64,000 nt of DNA, taken from assembly GCA_964016885.1 (NCBI GenBank), contig OZ024750.1, positions 26,598,001 through 26,662,000 on the forward strand, written 5' to 3'. Source of the stretch: Eledone cirrhosa. Its lineage: Eukaryota. Positions 40,058 to 53,325 of this stretch are shown piece by piece. Numbering within the stretch: position 1 is the first letter of the stretch; each line of letters starts with the position of its first letter. The translations under genes were made by a program, and so were the position numbers. Under the pieces are notes generated by a model. That model saw only the letters and a list, made by a program, of their open reading frames with translations, did no database searches and had not been told where the DNA came from.

Positions 40058-40148
40058 CGTGTCTGAAAGGACCTGCAGGAATAGAATCAGCCAGATCCAT
40101 ACAAGGACCATGTCTCGAGCTACCTGTCGGCGAAACAATTGTAACACG
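40058..40148 (+). ncRNA. Hammerhead-like motif, long stem II, altered core
   Basis: CGUGU-CUGAAAG-gaccuGCAGG…CCUGUcggc-GAAAC AAUU GUA^ACACG then AATAAA; core deviates from CUGANGA at positions 8-9. Confidence 0.55.
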
Positions 40149-40191
40149 CAATAAATTAAGTCCAGCTGCATCACTGATTTTCCGTTTTCTT

Positions 40192-40241
<50 letters not shown>

Positions 40242-40246
<5 letters not shown>

Positions 40247-40761
40247 AAAGAATAGAGGTGTAACACACAAGTTATTATATATTGGTAAACGGAATAGAAA
40301 ATGCTGACAAATTGTTCACAGTTGAAAAATGGTTTAATTAGGAATAAAAGAGTATTAGTGATTGTATGGGTTAGTATTCAGTTGTGGTTTTAAGTTTTTA
40401 AGTTTTTACCGGTTGCGCATTTCTAAATGCTTTTCAAAAATAATTTTGAGATAGAGTGTCCCTGCTGTTTGCTCTGATCTGATTAGTTTTGGGAATTCTA
40501 CCTGTTTTTATGTTAAAAAAATGGCTCCAGCGTTATTTTTGTGTTGCAAAAATGCTTGTGGTCAAAACAATTTTGATTGGTCGGTAGAGGTCATGTGAAT
40601 GTAAAAAGTTGATTTTGCGCCAAGACTGTTTTTATGTTAAAATGTTAGAAAAGTGGCTCCAGCAAAAATTATGGTCAAAACAATTTTGATTGGTCGGTAG
40701 AGGTCACGTGGATAAAAAATTGGTTTTGCGCCAAGATTGAGAAATGACTCTTTCACAACAA

Positions 40762-40827
<66 letters not shown>

Positions 40828-40896
40828 TAGTAGTAGTAAGGTGTTCGATGCTGCGACAATAGCCACCAGCGATGTGTGTCAAATGGCTATTAAGAT

Positions 40897-40934
<38 letters not shown>

Positions 40935-41267
40935 ACATACACACAACAGAGTCATTCGAAGGTCAAAAGATATTTTTCAGCTTTTGTCTTATACGGAGAA
41001 GTGCGTGTGTGTGTGTGTGTGTGTATAAGTCTCTTTGTATGTTGATGTACGCGTGTGTATGTGTTTGTGTATATATATGTGTGTGTGTGTGTGTGCGTGT
41101 GTGGGTGGACCAGTATTTTTTTCCCCCCTGGTAAAATGGTGTACATTATTCGATTTTTTCAGTAAAATCGGTTCTCTTAATAGAACATCAACAATCTTAA
41201 CAATAAAAGGTGTGAAATGATATTCACTATATATATATACACACACACACACACATATATATATTTT

Positions 41268-41306
<39 letters not shown>

Positions 41307-44300
41307 TACATACATATATATGCACATATATTTTTTTGTATTGCACCATAGAGCATGTGTGTTTACGTGTGTCATTGTGTTTATATGTGGGTAGAGATGT
41401 GTGCTGATGTAGGTATGTATGTTGACGTGTGTATGTTGTGGGTTCGTCTTAGGGAGAAGTGTTTAGACGGGGTCCGTATTTGTTAATGAAGTAAGATTCC
41501 TTGCTGATGCTGGTGTGGGTGGCATTATCTTTAAATTTGTAGAGGGGAAAGATTCTGAAGTTGGGATGATTTTGGGCGGCGCAGGTATCAATGTGTTCAC
41601 TCAGTGGTATTTTCCTGTATTCCCGTATTTTAATTTGGGATCTATGGACAGTCATGCGTTGGCGGAGGCTGTTTTTGGTCTGGCCTATGTATTGTTCTCG
41701 ACAACCTGAACAAGTTAATACATATATTAAATTTTCCGATGCACATGTGAAATTGTGTTTTACTATAAAACGTTGTCCATCTTTGAAATAGAATTCCGAA
41801 CCCTCTATTAGGTTGATGCAAATGCCACAGTTGGGTCTATCGCATTTTTTACTGTGGGTTTCGTTGTTGTGGTTGGCAGTACTTTGGCATGTGTTAAGAT
41901 GTTTTTCATTGACTTGGATTGTCTTTTGCTCTTTATGATATCGTGTGTTCGTAGAATTTGGTTCATTCTATGGTCCTTTTCAATACAGGGATGTTCTGGA
42001 GGATGGTGTCAAAGGCCTCGTTGTTGAGGGGGTTGTGTGTGGAGATGTATGGAAGAGCTTTTAGTTTTGGTTGATTTACTTTAGGGTGTCTAAGGTCCTG
42101 GGTACTGAGTTTTAGGGCACGTTGGATTCCATTGTCAATTAGTGATGCAGGGTAGTCCCTGCCTATGAGTGTGTCCTTTAGTTCTTGTAGCCGTAAGTAG
42201 CAGATGTTTTTATTGGAGACTATAGTACAGATTCTCTTGGCTAAGTTGTAGGGAATATTAATTTTAACGTGTCTAGGGTGGCAAGAGTTGAAGGGGAGGT
42301 ATTGCTTGGAGTCTGTGGGCTTGTAGTATATGTCTGTTTCTATTTTTTTGTTATGGATCTTAATGAGGATGTCGAGGAAGGGGAGTTGTTGATGGCTGTA
42401 TTCCATCGTGAAGTTAATATTTGTGTTGAGCCCATTTATAAGGGTGTGAAATTCTTTAAGTTTTTCGATGTTTTCGTGCCAAAGGATGAAGCAGTCATCA
42501 AGATATCGCTTTCAGTTCCTTTCAATGTGTAAGTGGAGGGTGTTTCCAAATTTGTTTAGGACTTTAGTGTAGAGGGTGATTTCCAGGTATCCCATGACTA
42601 GGTTGGCATACGTAGGGGCTGTTTTCGTTCCCATAGCGGTCCCAGATTTCTGCCTGTAGGGTTTGTTATTGAAAACGAAGTAATTGTTCTCCAAGATAAA
42701 TTTGAGTCCCTCTATCACGAATTCTTTTTTGATGCGTTGTGGGAGTTCATTGTGGAAGTTATCCAGCCAGAATTGGATAGCTTCTATTCCTAGGTTGTGG
42801 GGGATGTTGGAGTATAGGTTGACTACATCGAACGTCACTAGTAGGGTTTGTTCAGAAAGTGGCATATTAGGGAGGTGATTGAGCATATCTAGGTCGTCCC
42901 TTATATAGCTTTTGATGTGCTTGAGGAAGGGTTTGAGAAGGGTATCAATGAAGTTGCTAAGACGGTGCGTTTCGCAAGCGGGGCCTGCTATTATAGGTCT
43001 TAATTTGAGATCATTGGGTGAGGGGACATTGATGACTATGTCTGTGGCTTCCTTGCATGCCTTACTGATTGATTCGCTTTTATGTACTTTAGGGATACCG
43101 TAGAAAAGGCTGGATTTACTTGTGAAGTCTGTGATGAAGCTGAATTCCTTGTTAGTGAGTCCTTCTTTGTATTGGTTGATTAGAGTTTTTAGGTTTCTCA
43201 TAATTTTCTGTTGATTGTAGTGTTCAGCCTTTTCGTAGTATGTTTCGTTTTCCAAAGTGGAGAGCGCTAAGTTGATATAGAATTCTGTCTCCATTAGGAC
43301 TACTGTACTCCCTTTATCAGCCTCTTTAATTGTAATGTTTCTGTCGGTTTTTAATCTATTTAATTCTTCCCATTCTTTCTTGTTGAGGTTTGGCTTGTGT
43401 TTTTGTCTGTGCAAGTGTTGGTAAGGGAAGTTTGTGATGTGTTCACAGAATTCGTCCAGGATTTTATTTCTACCTTTTGAAGGGGTGTAATTGCTTCTAT
43501 TTCTGGCTAGTGATTCATCCTCATTGTACTGGTCGAATAGTTGTTCACTAAGTCGTAACTTTCTACAGAAGTCTGTGATGTCTTCCTTCATTTCATAGTA
43601 GTTAGGACGTAGTGGGGTCGGTGTGAATTTAAGACCTTTGGAGAGTAAGTTGATAAGGTTGGGTGTTGGTTCTGCACTAGTAAGATTGATAATTTTTATT
43701 ACTATCGGTTTCTCCTCCCTGTCTTGTGTTATTTTGTTTGCCTGTATCTGTGTGCTGTGTCTAAAAAATGGTTGGGGTAGAGGGGTTGTCTGCTGATGTT
43801 AAGTGGTCTCCTGTGTTTGTTATATTCCTTGTTGTTGTAAAATGTGGTTCGGGTTGGTGGTTGTAGATTGAATGGGGTGTTCCTGTACTGCGACTATGGG
43901 TGTGTGTTTCTATGTGCCATGTTGTATTGTGGTGTTATAAGTGGCCTACGTTGTTGGTTGTATCGTGTGGTGTGGGTTTGTTGTGTATTGTGGAAGTGAG
44001 AGTTGAGAAAATGGTAATTACCTTGTTGTCCCCTTGAGGCGGGGAAGTTGTTGCATCTATCATGGCGGTGGTATCTTTTCCCTATGTTTGACGATGAAGA
44101 ATCCGCGTAGTAGTTGAGTGATTTGGTATGGTGTCTCCTTGAAGGGGGAAAGTTGTAAATGTCATTCTGGGGGAGATGATTTCTTGGGTTTTTGTTCCTT
44201 CTTATGGTAGCGAGGTTGGGAAGTTCATCTTCGGTGTGGTGCTTCCTTCTTCGTTTGTTTGAGGCTTGGGGGTTTGAGAAGTTGTTGTGCGGTTCAGTTA

Positions 44301-44775
44301 TGGGTTTTCCTATTTTTATGAACGGGTTATTGGAGGTGTAATCCGTTTGAAAAGTCGATTCATAGTGTAGGAACCAAGCGGCACTTTTTTCCCAGCGTTG
44401 AAGGGATTTCAGTTCTTCTCTGTTGCAAAATCAACTTTTTACGCAAAATCAACTTTTTACATTCACATGACCTCTACCGACCAATCAAAATTGTTTTGAC
44501 CACAAGCATTTTTGCAACACAAAAATAACGCTGGAGCCATTTTTTTAACATAAAAACAGGTAGAATTCCCAAAACTAATCAGATCAGAGCAAACAGCAGG
44601 GACACTCTATCTCAAAATTATTTTTGAAAAGCATTTAGAAATGCGCAGCCGGTAAAAACTTAAAAACTTAAAACCACAACTGAATACTAACCCATACAAT
44701 CACTAATACTCTTTTATTCCTAATTAAACCATTTTTCAACTGTGAACAATTTGTCAGCATTTTCTATTCCGTTTA

Positions 44776-44785
<10 letters not shown>
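40242..44785 (-). mobile_element. Near full-length Penelope-like element with 344-bp inverted pLTR arms
   Basis: LLSKGLKFTPTP, KEADKGS, FYGIPKVHK, RPIIAG, FDVVNLYSNIP, GTAMGT, N*KRYLDDCF, FLDI, SCHPRH, CDRPNCGIC, NLIYV..CSGCREQYIGQT; arms at 40276-40619 and 44442-44785; (TA)n on both sides; a few frameshifts. Confidence 0.93.
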
Positions 44786-44851
<66 letters not shown>

Positions 44852-45226
44852 GAGATAGGTAGGTAGATTGATTACCATATCGTTTATTTCCACAGTAATA
44901 AGAAACCAAAACACGTATAATAAATAGTATTTACATGAGATTAATGGGGAAATATATTCGAAAGACCGACAAAACTACCACAGAATTTTCATATAGATAT
45001 GGGATAGTTATATTGATAATCCTATTAAAACATATTGTAAATTGTATTGAATTAAAATTATATTAAAACATACTGAAAGAGGGTGAAAAACAAATCTTCT
45101 GTTGCAGATTAATGTATGCAGATTTATATTTAACGTGATTTTTTATATAAATAGTTTGTTTCAAGAAGAACGGAGACAAGCTCTGGACAGTGATCGGTTG
45201 TATATCCTCTAATAAACGACTTGGTT

Positions 45227-45492
45227 GTGGTTTAACTGATTAAGCTTCGAATCAACATGTAAGCGTGGTTTAACTACTTAAACCTCGAATCAACATGTAA
45301 GTGTTGTTTAACTATTTAAGCTTCTAATCTACATGTAAATGTGGTTTAACTAATTAAGATTCGAATCAACATGTAAGAATGGTTTAACTAATTAAGCTTC
45401 GAATCAACATGTAATAGTGGTTTAACTAATTGAGCTTCCAATCAATATGTAAGCGTGGCTTAACTAACTAACCTTCAAATTGACATGTAAGC
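45227..45492. repeat. 38-bp tandem repeat, 7 diverged units
   Basis: Consensus GTGGTTTAACTAATTAAGCTTCGAATCAACATGTAAGC. Confidence 0.9.
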
Positions 45493-46072
45493 GAGCATCA
45501 ATCCTAGTCAATGATCTAGGTTTGATTGCAAACAGAAGAGTGACGTTGCACCTGGGCAATTATATATTCAAGAAAGGTATGAACATCACCCAACCACTTT
45601 TTAAGAAATGTGGTTTTCTCCCAATTCAGTCTGTAAAAGAAAACAGAAAAAAACAAAAAGTCAAAACAAAACAAAGCAAGCGACAGTGTGTTACTATTAT
45701 ACAATCTAATTTCTTGGATTATATAAATAATGAGACAAGACGGAAGTAAGGCAACATATCTTATAAATCATCCTGTTTGTCTGTCTGTGTGTTGCTGACA
45801 GCTGCGATTATTGAGGCAAATTCTTTTCACATTTTTGCTATATCAGCGAAAAACGCACTCGTTTTCCAGCTGAGTTTCGCTGTAAAAACCTAACCATAAT
45901 GTATACAATATAACAATTTTTATAAATTAACTGACGTCCGGAAAACATGTTCTTTTACTCTTTTACTGGTTTCAGTCATTAGGCTGACTGCAGCCAGGCT
46001 GAGGCATCGTTTTGATTTAGTCGGGATAAAGAGTCCGTTGTTTATTGTATCAGGTCTTGCACCCATTTCATT

Positions 46073-46395
46073 ACTGGTACTTTATTTTATCGACCGCTTA
46101 AGGATGAAAGGCAAAGTTTACCTCGGCCGGATTTGAACTCAGACCATAAAGGGCCGTAACTCTTTGCTACAATGCATGGCGTCCGACTGCCCATCCACGC
46201 CCTTTGAATAAATAATTGTTTCTACTTTTGGCACAAGGCAAGCAAATATACCAGTGTATTACTGGTACTTTATTTTATCGACCTCGTAAGGATGAAAGGC
46301 AAAGTTAACCTCGGCGGGGTTTGAACTAAGACCATAAAGGGCCGTAACTCTATGCTAAAAACATTGTGTCCGACTCTGTACCAATACTGCCAAGA
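46073..46395 (-). mobile_element. Two tandem SINE family A copies
   Basis: ACTGGTACTTTATTTTATCGACC…GGATGAAAGGCAAAGTT…TTTGAACT occurs at ~46074 and ~46261. Confidence 0.8.
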
Positions 46396-46944
46396 ATAAA
46401 TAATGAATGAATATTACATAATTTATCTACTAAATTTTGTGGCTGTTCATTAAATATATTTTGTTTATTTAAAGATTCACTTCTTTAAAATTTCTGAAAT
46501 GTCAACACTTCCGGTTGGCCATCGCTTAAATAAACATACTAATTTGCCGTCACTAATTTTCTCCTAATGCAGTTTATATATAATATCGTCTTTTTTAATG
46601 TATCACGGATTACGTTACTGATTAAATAAAAGAGTGTAACGCAGTCTTCGTTCAATTTCTATGTATTACAATTACGATTTCATTTGATGTATCATATATA
46701 CATGTATATATATACTTGCGTATAATATCAATATACACACTACACATGTTAGGGTGGTTTTTCTGCTAGTTCTATATAACAATGTATAGTGACCATAGAG
46801 TTGTATAAACCTCGTCATTTAAGGTGAAAATAAATGGTTGACAAATATATTCTTGGCATTTATATGGCGAAGACATACGGGGCATCTCTTTTATTTAATA
46901 CTGAATCAAATAATACATTATAAATATCTACTATATTATTATCA

Positions 46945-47662
46945 TCTTCTCCCTCTCTATTCTTTCTTTACTATCTTCTTCCCTTTCTTTCACTCTTGCA
47001 TTGCTGTCTTTCTCTCTTTGTCTCTCTATCTCTCTCACTGCTGTCTTTCTCTCCCTCTTCTCTCTCCCCCACACTTCTTTCTTTCTTTCTCTTCTCTCTC
47101 TCATACACTGCTATCTCTCTCTCTCTCTCTTCTCTCACACATTGTTATCTTTCTCTCTCTCACACACTGCTATCTTTATCTCTCTCTCTCTCACTGCTAT
47201 TTTTCTCTCTTTCTTCTCTCTCTCTCTCACACACTTCTATCTTTCTCTCTCTTTTCTCTCACCCTGTCATATTTCTCTTTCTTTTCTCTCACCCTGTCAT
47301 CTTTTACTCTCTCCTCTCACCCTGTCATCTCCCTCTTTTTACTCTCTCACACTGTCGTATTTCTCTCTCTATACTGTCACACTGTCGTATTTCTCTCTAT
47401 ATATCTCACACTGTCGTATTTCCCTCTCTCTATATCTCACACTGTCGTATTTCTCTCTTTATTCACTCACACTGTCGTATTTCTCTCTCTATACTATCAC
47501 ACTGTCGTATTTCCCTCTCTCTATACCCTCACTGACGTATTTCTCTCTTTATTCTCTCACATTCTCGTATTTCTCTCTCTATATCTCACACTGCCGTATT
47601 TCCCCCTCTCTATACTCTCACACTGTCGTATTTCCCTCTCTCTTCTCTCTCACACTCTCTTC

Positions 47663-47696
<34 letters not shown>

Positions 47697-47856
47697 ACGA
47701 TCTCTCTCTCTCTCTCTTCTCTCACACCATCATCTCTCTTTGTTCTTTCACACTATTGTCTTTCTCTCTCTCTTTTCTCTCACAATGTCGTCTCTCTCTC
47801 TCTCTCTCTCACCCTATCTCTCTTTCTTTCTCTCTCTCTCTATTCTCTCACACTGT

Positions 47857-47912
<56 letters not shown>
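46945..47912. repeat. CT-rich low-complexity tract with ~28-30 bp minisatellite
   Basis: Unit TCTCACACTGTCGTATTTCTCTCTCTATA repeated at ~47345-47640 inside (CT)n. Confidence 0.9.
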
Positions 47913-47913
<1 letters not shown>

Positions 47914-48039
47914 ATATTATTGCCAGTTTGACGTCACAGATAAATAAATCAAACACAAAGACAACAACAGCAAAACCTCCAACCAAAGGTGACAACAAAA
48001 TGCATATACTATATATATATATATATATATATATACCAT

Positions 48040-49920
48040 TTCTCCTTAGAGATATCAATTTCGCTAAAACACTCACAGAGGTTAAGGATTTCGAAGTTGA
48101 TGTCATCCTCAATGCCCGTAAGTCGGTGATTAATTTCGACGACTCTATTTGGATTAAAAAATCTAATAGTATCCCATTCGACGTGAGTATGGGCGCCAGC
48201 GATTCTGTGGAGGTTACTGATCTTATCGGCCTTTTCCTTCTTTTCTCTATCAAGGACGAATTCCCCAACGTGGGCGGTGGCTTGTACCGTGATGATGGTC
48301 TTTTGACCATGACTAAGTCCGGCCCACGTGCTTGCGACAGGTTCAGAAAAGTACTCACAACCTTCTTTAAAGGCTTCAACCCCTCTATACAGGTTGAGGC
48401 CAACCTCTCTGTCGTTAATTACCTCGACTTTACCCTCAATTTATCGAATGGCTTGTATTACCCGTATAGAAAGCCAAATGATACGCTTAATTACATAAAT
48501 AAGCACAATCCAACCATCCTGCCAGAATAACCAAGAAACTGGTAAGAAACGTTTCTTAAGGCTTTCCCGTCTATCTACTAACGAGCATATTTTGAACGAC
48601 CATTCAACATATTACAATGAAGCTCTTGCTCAGAGTGGATTTGTCGATAAGGTAACATATACAGAGTACGAGAATAGACCTACTAGAAATAGATACCGAC
48701 GCATTATATGGTATAACCTACCATATAATATGGAAGCCACACAATTAGCTAAGATATTTCTATCCCTAATTACCAAGCATTTTCCCCCTACACATAAATA
48801 TAGTAAAATTTTTAATAGAAATACTATTAAAATTTCTTACTCTACGACTCCTAGCCTTGCACATAACATCACAGCTTCAAATTTAGCTAAACTACCTAGC
48901 CGTAGGTACACATACAACCCTGTAGTTAGTACTGACTGTAATTGTAGGAATCGGGTTGATTGCCCCCTATCCGGGAAATGCCTCTCTAGTAACATTGTCT
49001 ACAAATGTAAGGTTGAAACACCCACGTCCTGTAGGGCTTACATAGGATTAACCGCCAATAGATTCAAGCAGCGTCTTTACATGCATACCAATTCTTTTCG
49101 TTACCCTCTAAGAAGGAATATGACGTCACTTTCAGCTTATATCTGGAGTCTAAAAGACAACCACACCAAATATAAGTTACACTGGGAGATCCTAGCTAGG
49201 GCAAGATCGCATAACGGAAATAAAAGACCATGTGACCTCTGCTCCGCTGAGGCCCTGCAAATACTCTACGCCACAGACCGCATCTTAAACAAAAAATCTG
49301 AGGTAATTTCGGCTTGTAAACATAAATTGCACAAAACTTTTCCTGTATTACACCCCCACATTATACCCTAACGGATAGTACGATGTATACGCGGATATTT
49401 TACGTCTTGATGTGGAGCTAAGTATATGTTATGTTTATACCATTACTTATTTGCATAGTAATTATATATTACCTGTATGTTTTGTGAAGGTACGTATACT
49501 TTCTCGTACGTATATTTGATTGTATGTTATGGCGTATATGTTATATATGCTGGTACATATGCTTTTGGTTATGTGTATACGAGTGTTTTGCGTCTATGTG
49601 AGTATGCGGGTTCGTAGGTATGTTGGGTGTGTGTATATGTGTACTTCGTGTTTTGGTTGACATACGTTTCCGAACATTTGTGTATTTACATGTAGGTATG
49701 TGTGTGCGCTTGTTATATACGTATTTATTTATTTATATACGTTTATTTAATTATTTGTATACACGCACACACATACACACATATTTATATGTGCGTGTAT
49801 TTGTATACCTATGGCGAGTGTTTTCGCGTATGCTTGTGTATGTACGTATTTGGATGCGTGTATGTATTTATTTAATTCCAATTACCTCTGTATTTTATTT
49901 ACTTTATTCTTAACTTTGAA
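48040..49920 (+). mobile_element. 5'-truncated Penelope-like element (RT C-half + GIY-YIG)
   Basis: FDVSMGASDS, GLYRDDGL, NYLDF, IIWYNLPY, CNCRNRVDCPLSGKC, NIVYKC…AYIGLT…CDLC; ORF ends at 49371; 3' boundary uncertain. Confidence 0.88.
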
Positions 49921-50295
49921 GCGGAGAATCATTCGGTTTCCTAGTTAGAATTTTAGTCTACGACTTCAGTTATACATTTACGTGGTTTTGGCTTTGCGTG
50001 CAAATGTTCTCCGCGCTCCACATATGACGTATTATCTTCGTATTTTCCGTTCATTGCCAGAGAACGTCTCTATGAACCACCTAAGAGAATATTAGTCTAC
50101 AACTTCTTTTATACCATAAACGTGGTTCTGTCTTTGCGTGTAATTGTTTTTCACCGCTCCAAATAATGACGTTTTATATTCGGATTATACTGTATATATA
50201 CTGTATATATAGTGATGAAACATAAGTCAATTGCATGAACTAGATATTCCAGCTCTGTGTTTATAGTGTTGATGGTATCAGAGCCTTGGGACATA

Positions 50296-50354
<59 letters not shown>

Positions 50355-50496
50355 ATAATAATAAATTTGAAGACTAAAATCCAAAGAGGGCTCGATAAGG
50401 ATAAATATATATCAAATATATAAGAGTTTCAGAAGATCCCATTAAGGGGGAAAGCAGCGATTCTTTGCTTAAACTTTAATCTGTTATTTTAATAAA

Positions 50497-50578
<82 letters not shown>

Positions 50579-50585
<7 letters not shown>

Positions 50586-51922
50586 ATACTTGGGGAGGGT
50601 CATATTTGCGTAATATTGCCAGAATTAATAACAGAACACACTCACTGTTTGGTTGGTTTTCGCTTCTCGCTGTCTTTTATATCTGCGATCTAACTATACA
50701 GGAGCAAATCATAGAATAGCTTAGATAGGGCTAGACATAAGATAGGGAAGGCCACATCATGGTACGACAATCAGAGATATCAGAGTGTCATGTTTGTGGA
50801 CGCCACCCCTGGAGGGAAATTAGCTAACCAGTGTAGAAAGGCCCTGAGAAAGACCAACTTAAAAATAAAGGTGGTAGAAAAGCCAGAAACCACCATAAAA
50901 TCCCTGATCAGCAAAACCTACCCTTTTAAGAAAACCCACTGTACCAATAGAAAATGTATCATATGTAAGGTGAACCCCCGGATAAACTGTAAAACTAGAA
51001 ACGTAGTCTATAGCATAAGATGTACAGAGGGTACTTGCAGAAACATGACAACAACATACATAGGTGAGACAGCTCGTAGCATAGGTGAAAGGATAGACCA
51101 ACACTGGGGGGAACTAAAAGGACGAAAAAACGGGTCAGTACTATACGAACATGCTAGACAACAACATGGCGGTAACATAGACAACATAGAAATTAGAATA
51201 ATATCTAAACATAGGAATGACCCAGCAGATAGACAAATCAGAGAGGCCAGTGAAATAGAAATTAGAAGACCAAAGCTAAACAGAAAGAATGAGTGGAACA
51301 ACAACAACACCCAAACAAACAACACTGACCTAAGAGAAGTATAAATAAGTAAATAAATAAAATAAAATAAAATAAGATAAATAAATACATACACAAGCAC
51401 AATAACAACAAGCACATAAACACACACTAGTCACCCAGCAGACACAACACTATACACACTAGTCACACAGTACACATAGCTATACACACACGCAAACGCA
51501 TGCGCAAAGAAGACAAAGTAAAATAAAATAAACAAACAAGCAAATAATAAATAAATATATAGACAGACTGAATTAAAAAAAAAAAAAATGGCGTAGACAT
51601 ACAACACAACAGGAGGAAAAAATATAACACCACTGACGATGTTGCAGATGTGCAACGAAAGATTTATGTAAATTATGTAAACTATATATATGTGTTTGTG
51701 TCTATATTGTATCTGTATTATTTTTGAGCGTCGGTCAGTCAATGGCAACATTGAGGACCGAGTAAGTTAGATCGCAGATATAAAAGACAGCGAGAAGCGA
51801 AAACCAACCAAACAGTGAGTGTGTTCTGTTATTAATTCTGGCAATATTACGCAAATATGACCCTCCCCAAGTATAACAATATCTGTTCGACACACGATTT
51901 CATATAAAAAACCTCGCTAAAC
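50579..51922 (+). mobile_element. 5'-truncated PLE (GIY-YIG end) with inverted pLTR
   Basis: ORF 50790-51344: CIICK…CKTRNVVYSIRC…TYIGETARSIGERIDQH; arms 50579-50695 and 51765-51882; ~40 bp extension on the right only; (TA)n on both sides. Confidence 0.88.
51631..51668 (+). ncRNA. Minimal hammerhead-like motif in pLTR
   Basis: CA-CUGACGA-uGUUGCA GAUG UGCAAC-GAAA GAUUUA^UG; strong stem II, very weak stems I and III. Confidence 0.55.
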
Positions 51923-51949
<27 letters not shown>

Positions 51950-51956
<7 letters not shown>

Positions 51957-52350
51957 AGCAAAGTTTTATTTAAATTGTTGGGTTACAACGGGTAAATATT
52001 TATAACTGATATAAAAGCACTCAACAAGTATTTGGAGTATATTTACGATATTAAATAAATGGAAACTATATTTATAAAACCATATTTATTTCATCATATA
52101 TATTTCAGGGATATCATATTAAAAATATGGTATGCCTTCATCAGACAAAATACAATATAAACAGTCTTATAAATAGATAGATTTGACATACCTTACAACT
52201 TCAACTTCCATTTAAAAAGTTGATTAAGACTGTTTATATTGTATTTTGTCTGATGAAGGCATACCATATTTTTAATATGATATCCCTGAAATATATATAA
52301 TGAAATAAATATGGTTTTATAAATATAGTTTCCATTTATTTAATATCGTA
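51950..52350. mobile_element. Miniature fold-back element with two inverted HHR motifs
   Basis: 126-bp arms at 52044-52169 and 52225-52350 with a 55-bp spacer. HHR + 52245-52304 reads UUUGU-CUGAUGA-AGG…CCU-GAAA UAUAUA UA^AUGAA; mirror copy - 52090-52149. Confidence 0.8.
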
Positions 52351-52819
52351 TATTTATATATATATATGTTTGTGTGTGTGTGCATTTGTATGTAATTTAT
52401 ATAAATGTATATATATGTTTCTGTACGTTTGTTTATTTGAAAGTTTCCTATCCGTGTTATATCTTCCTAGCACTCAACACTTTCAGCTTATTTCCAACAC
52501 ATTACTGGTCATTCTAAACATATCTATGACTGCTTTAGTCTAATAAATTCGGCCAATTAACAAACTGAAAATATAAGCAAAATAAATAAACATAAAAAAG
52601 AGAAAAAAAAACTAGATTTTTTTTTCTCGTTTTGAAAATAGCTAAATACAAACCAATATAAACGAAAATAAACATATATATATTTGACTTCCGTCCAACT
52701 GTAGGGATTATGTGGTAGGAAAGTTGAATATACACGGTGAGAATAAAGCCTTTCCCTCATTAGAAAATATCATATCTCGAATACTATTTGGTGAATTGTT
52801 TAATTTCAAGTTTAAAGTT

Positions 52820-53325
52820 TTTAGAAGGGACGTAGGCGTAAAAGCCAAACTCGCTGTCTTCAATTCGGTTTTCGTGCCAACCCTTACCTATGGTCATGAA
52901 TCTTGGGTAATGACCGAAAGAATAGGAACGTGAATACAAGCAGCCGAAATGGTATTCCTCCGAAGGGTCTTTGGAGTAACTTTACTCAATAAAGTGCGTA
53001 ACTTGGAGATCAGAGAGCCACTCCTGGTAGAGTGGCTACTTCTCCGAATTGAGAAATTAAGGCTCCAATACTATAGGCATGGGGTTAGAATGCCTCAGGA
53101 AAGAATCGCTGGTCAGATTTTACGGGCGAAACCAACAGGTAGGTGACCCAAGATAGATGCCGAGCAAGATGGTTGGATAACATCCATGAGCTTGGCTGGT
53201 TACGCTTGGGGTTCCAGCCAGATCAGTTTGAGACGTTTGCTTCTGACAGGACTAGCTGGAATGAATGTTTGAGGACTGTGCCCCTATGACCCTTTCAGGA
53301 ATAAATGTGCGAGGAAGAAGAAAGT
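52820..53325 (+). mobile_element. RTE (Rex3/Expander-like) 3' fragment
   Basis: KAKLAVFNSVFVPTLTYGHESWVMTER…QAAEMVFLRRV…LLLRIEK; ends GAGGAAGAAGAA. Confidence 0.8.

Noticed and set aside
42512-42514. In-frame TGA in a PLE RT as possible selenocysteine (Naiad-type recoding)
   Set aside because: It falls at the conserved Trp of NWKRYLDD (W in the 3.3 kb relative). Cys sites use TGT/TGC, no SECIS-like pairing was seen, and the copy has frameshifts.
45227-45492. CRISPR-like array
   Set aside because: Contiguous repeats without unique spacers, no cas genes, eukaryotic context.
45520-45576. Possible 57-bp phase 1-1 exon (AG…AAG|GTATGA)
   Set aside because: No polypyrimidine tract and no recognisable peptide.
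50425-50468. HHR-like CAGAAGA-TCCC ATTA AGGG-GGAAA
   Set aside because: Core U4 is mutated and stems I and III are unconvincing.
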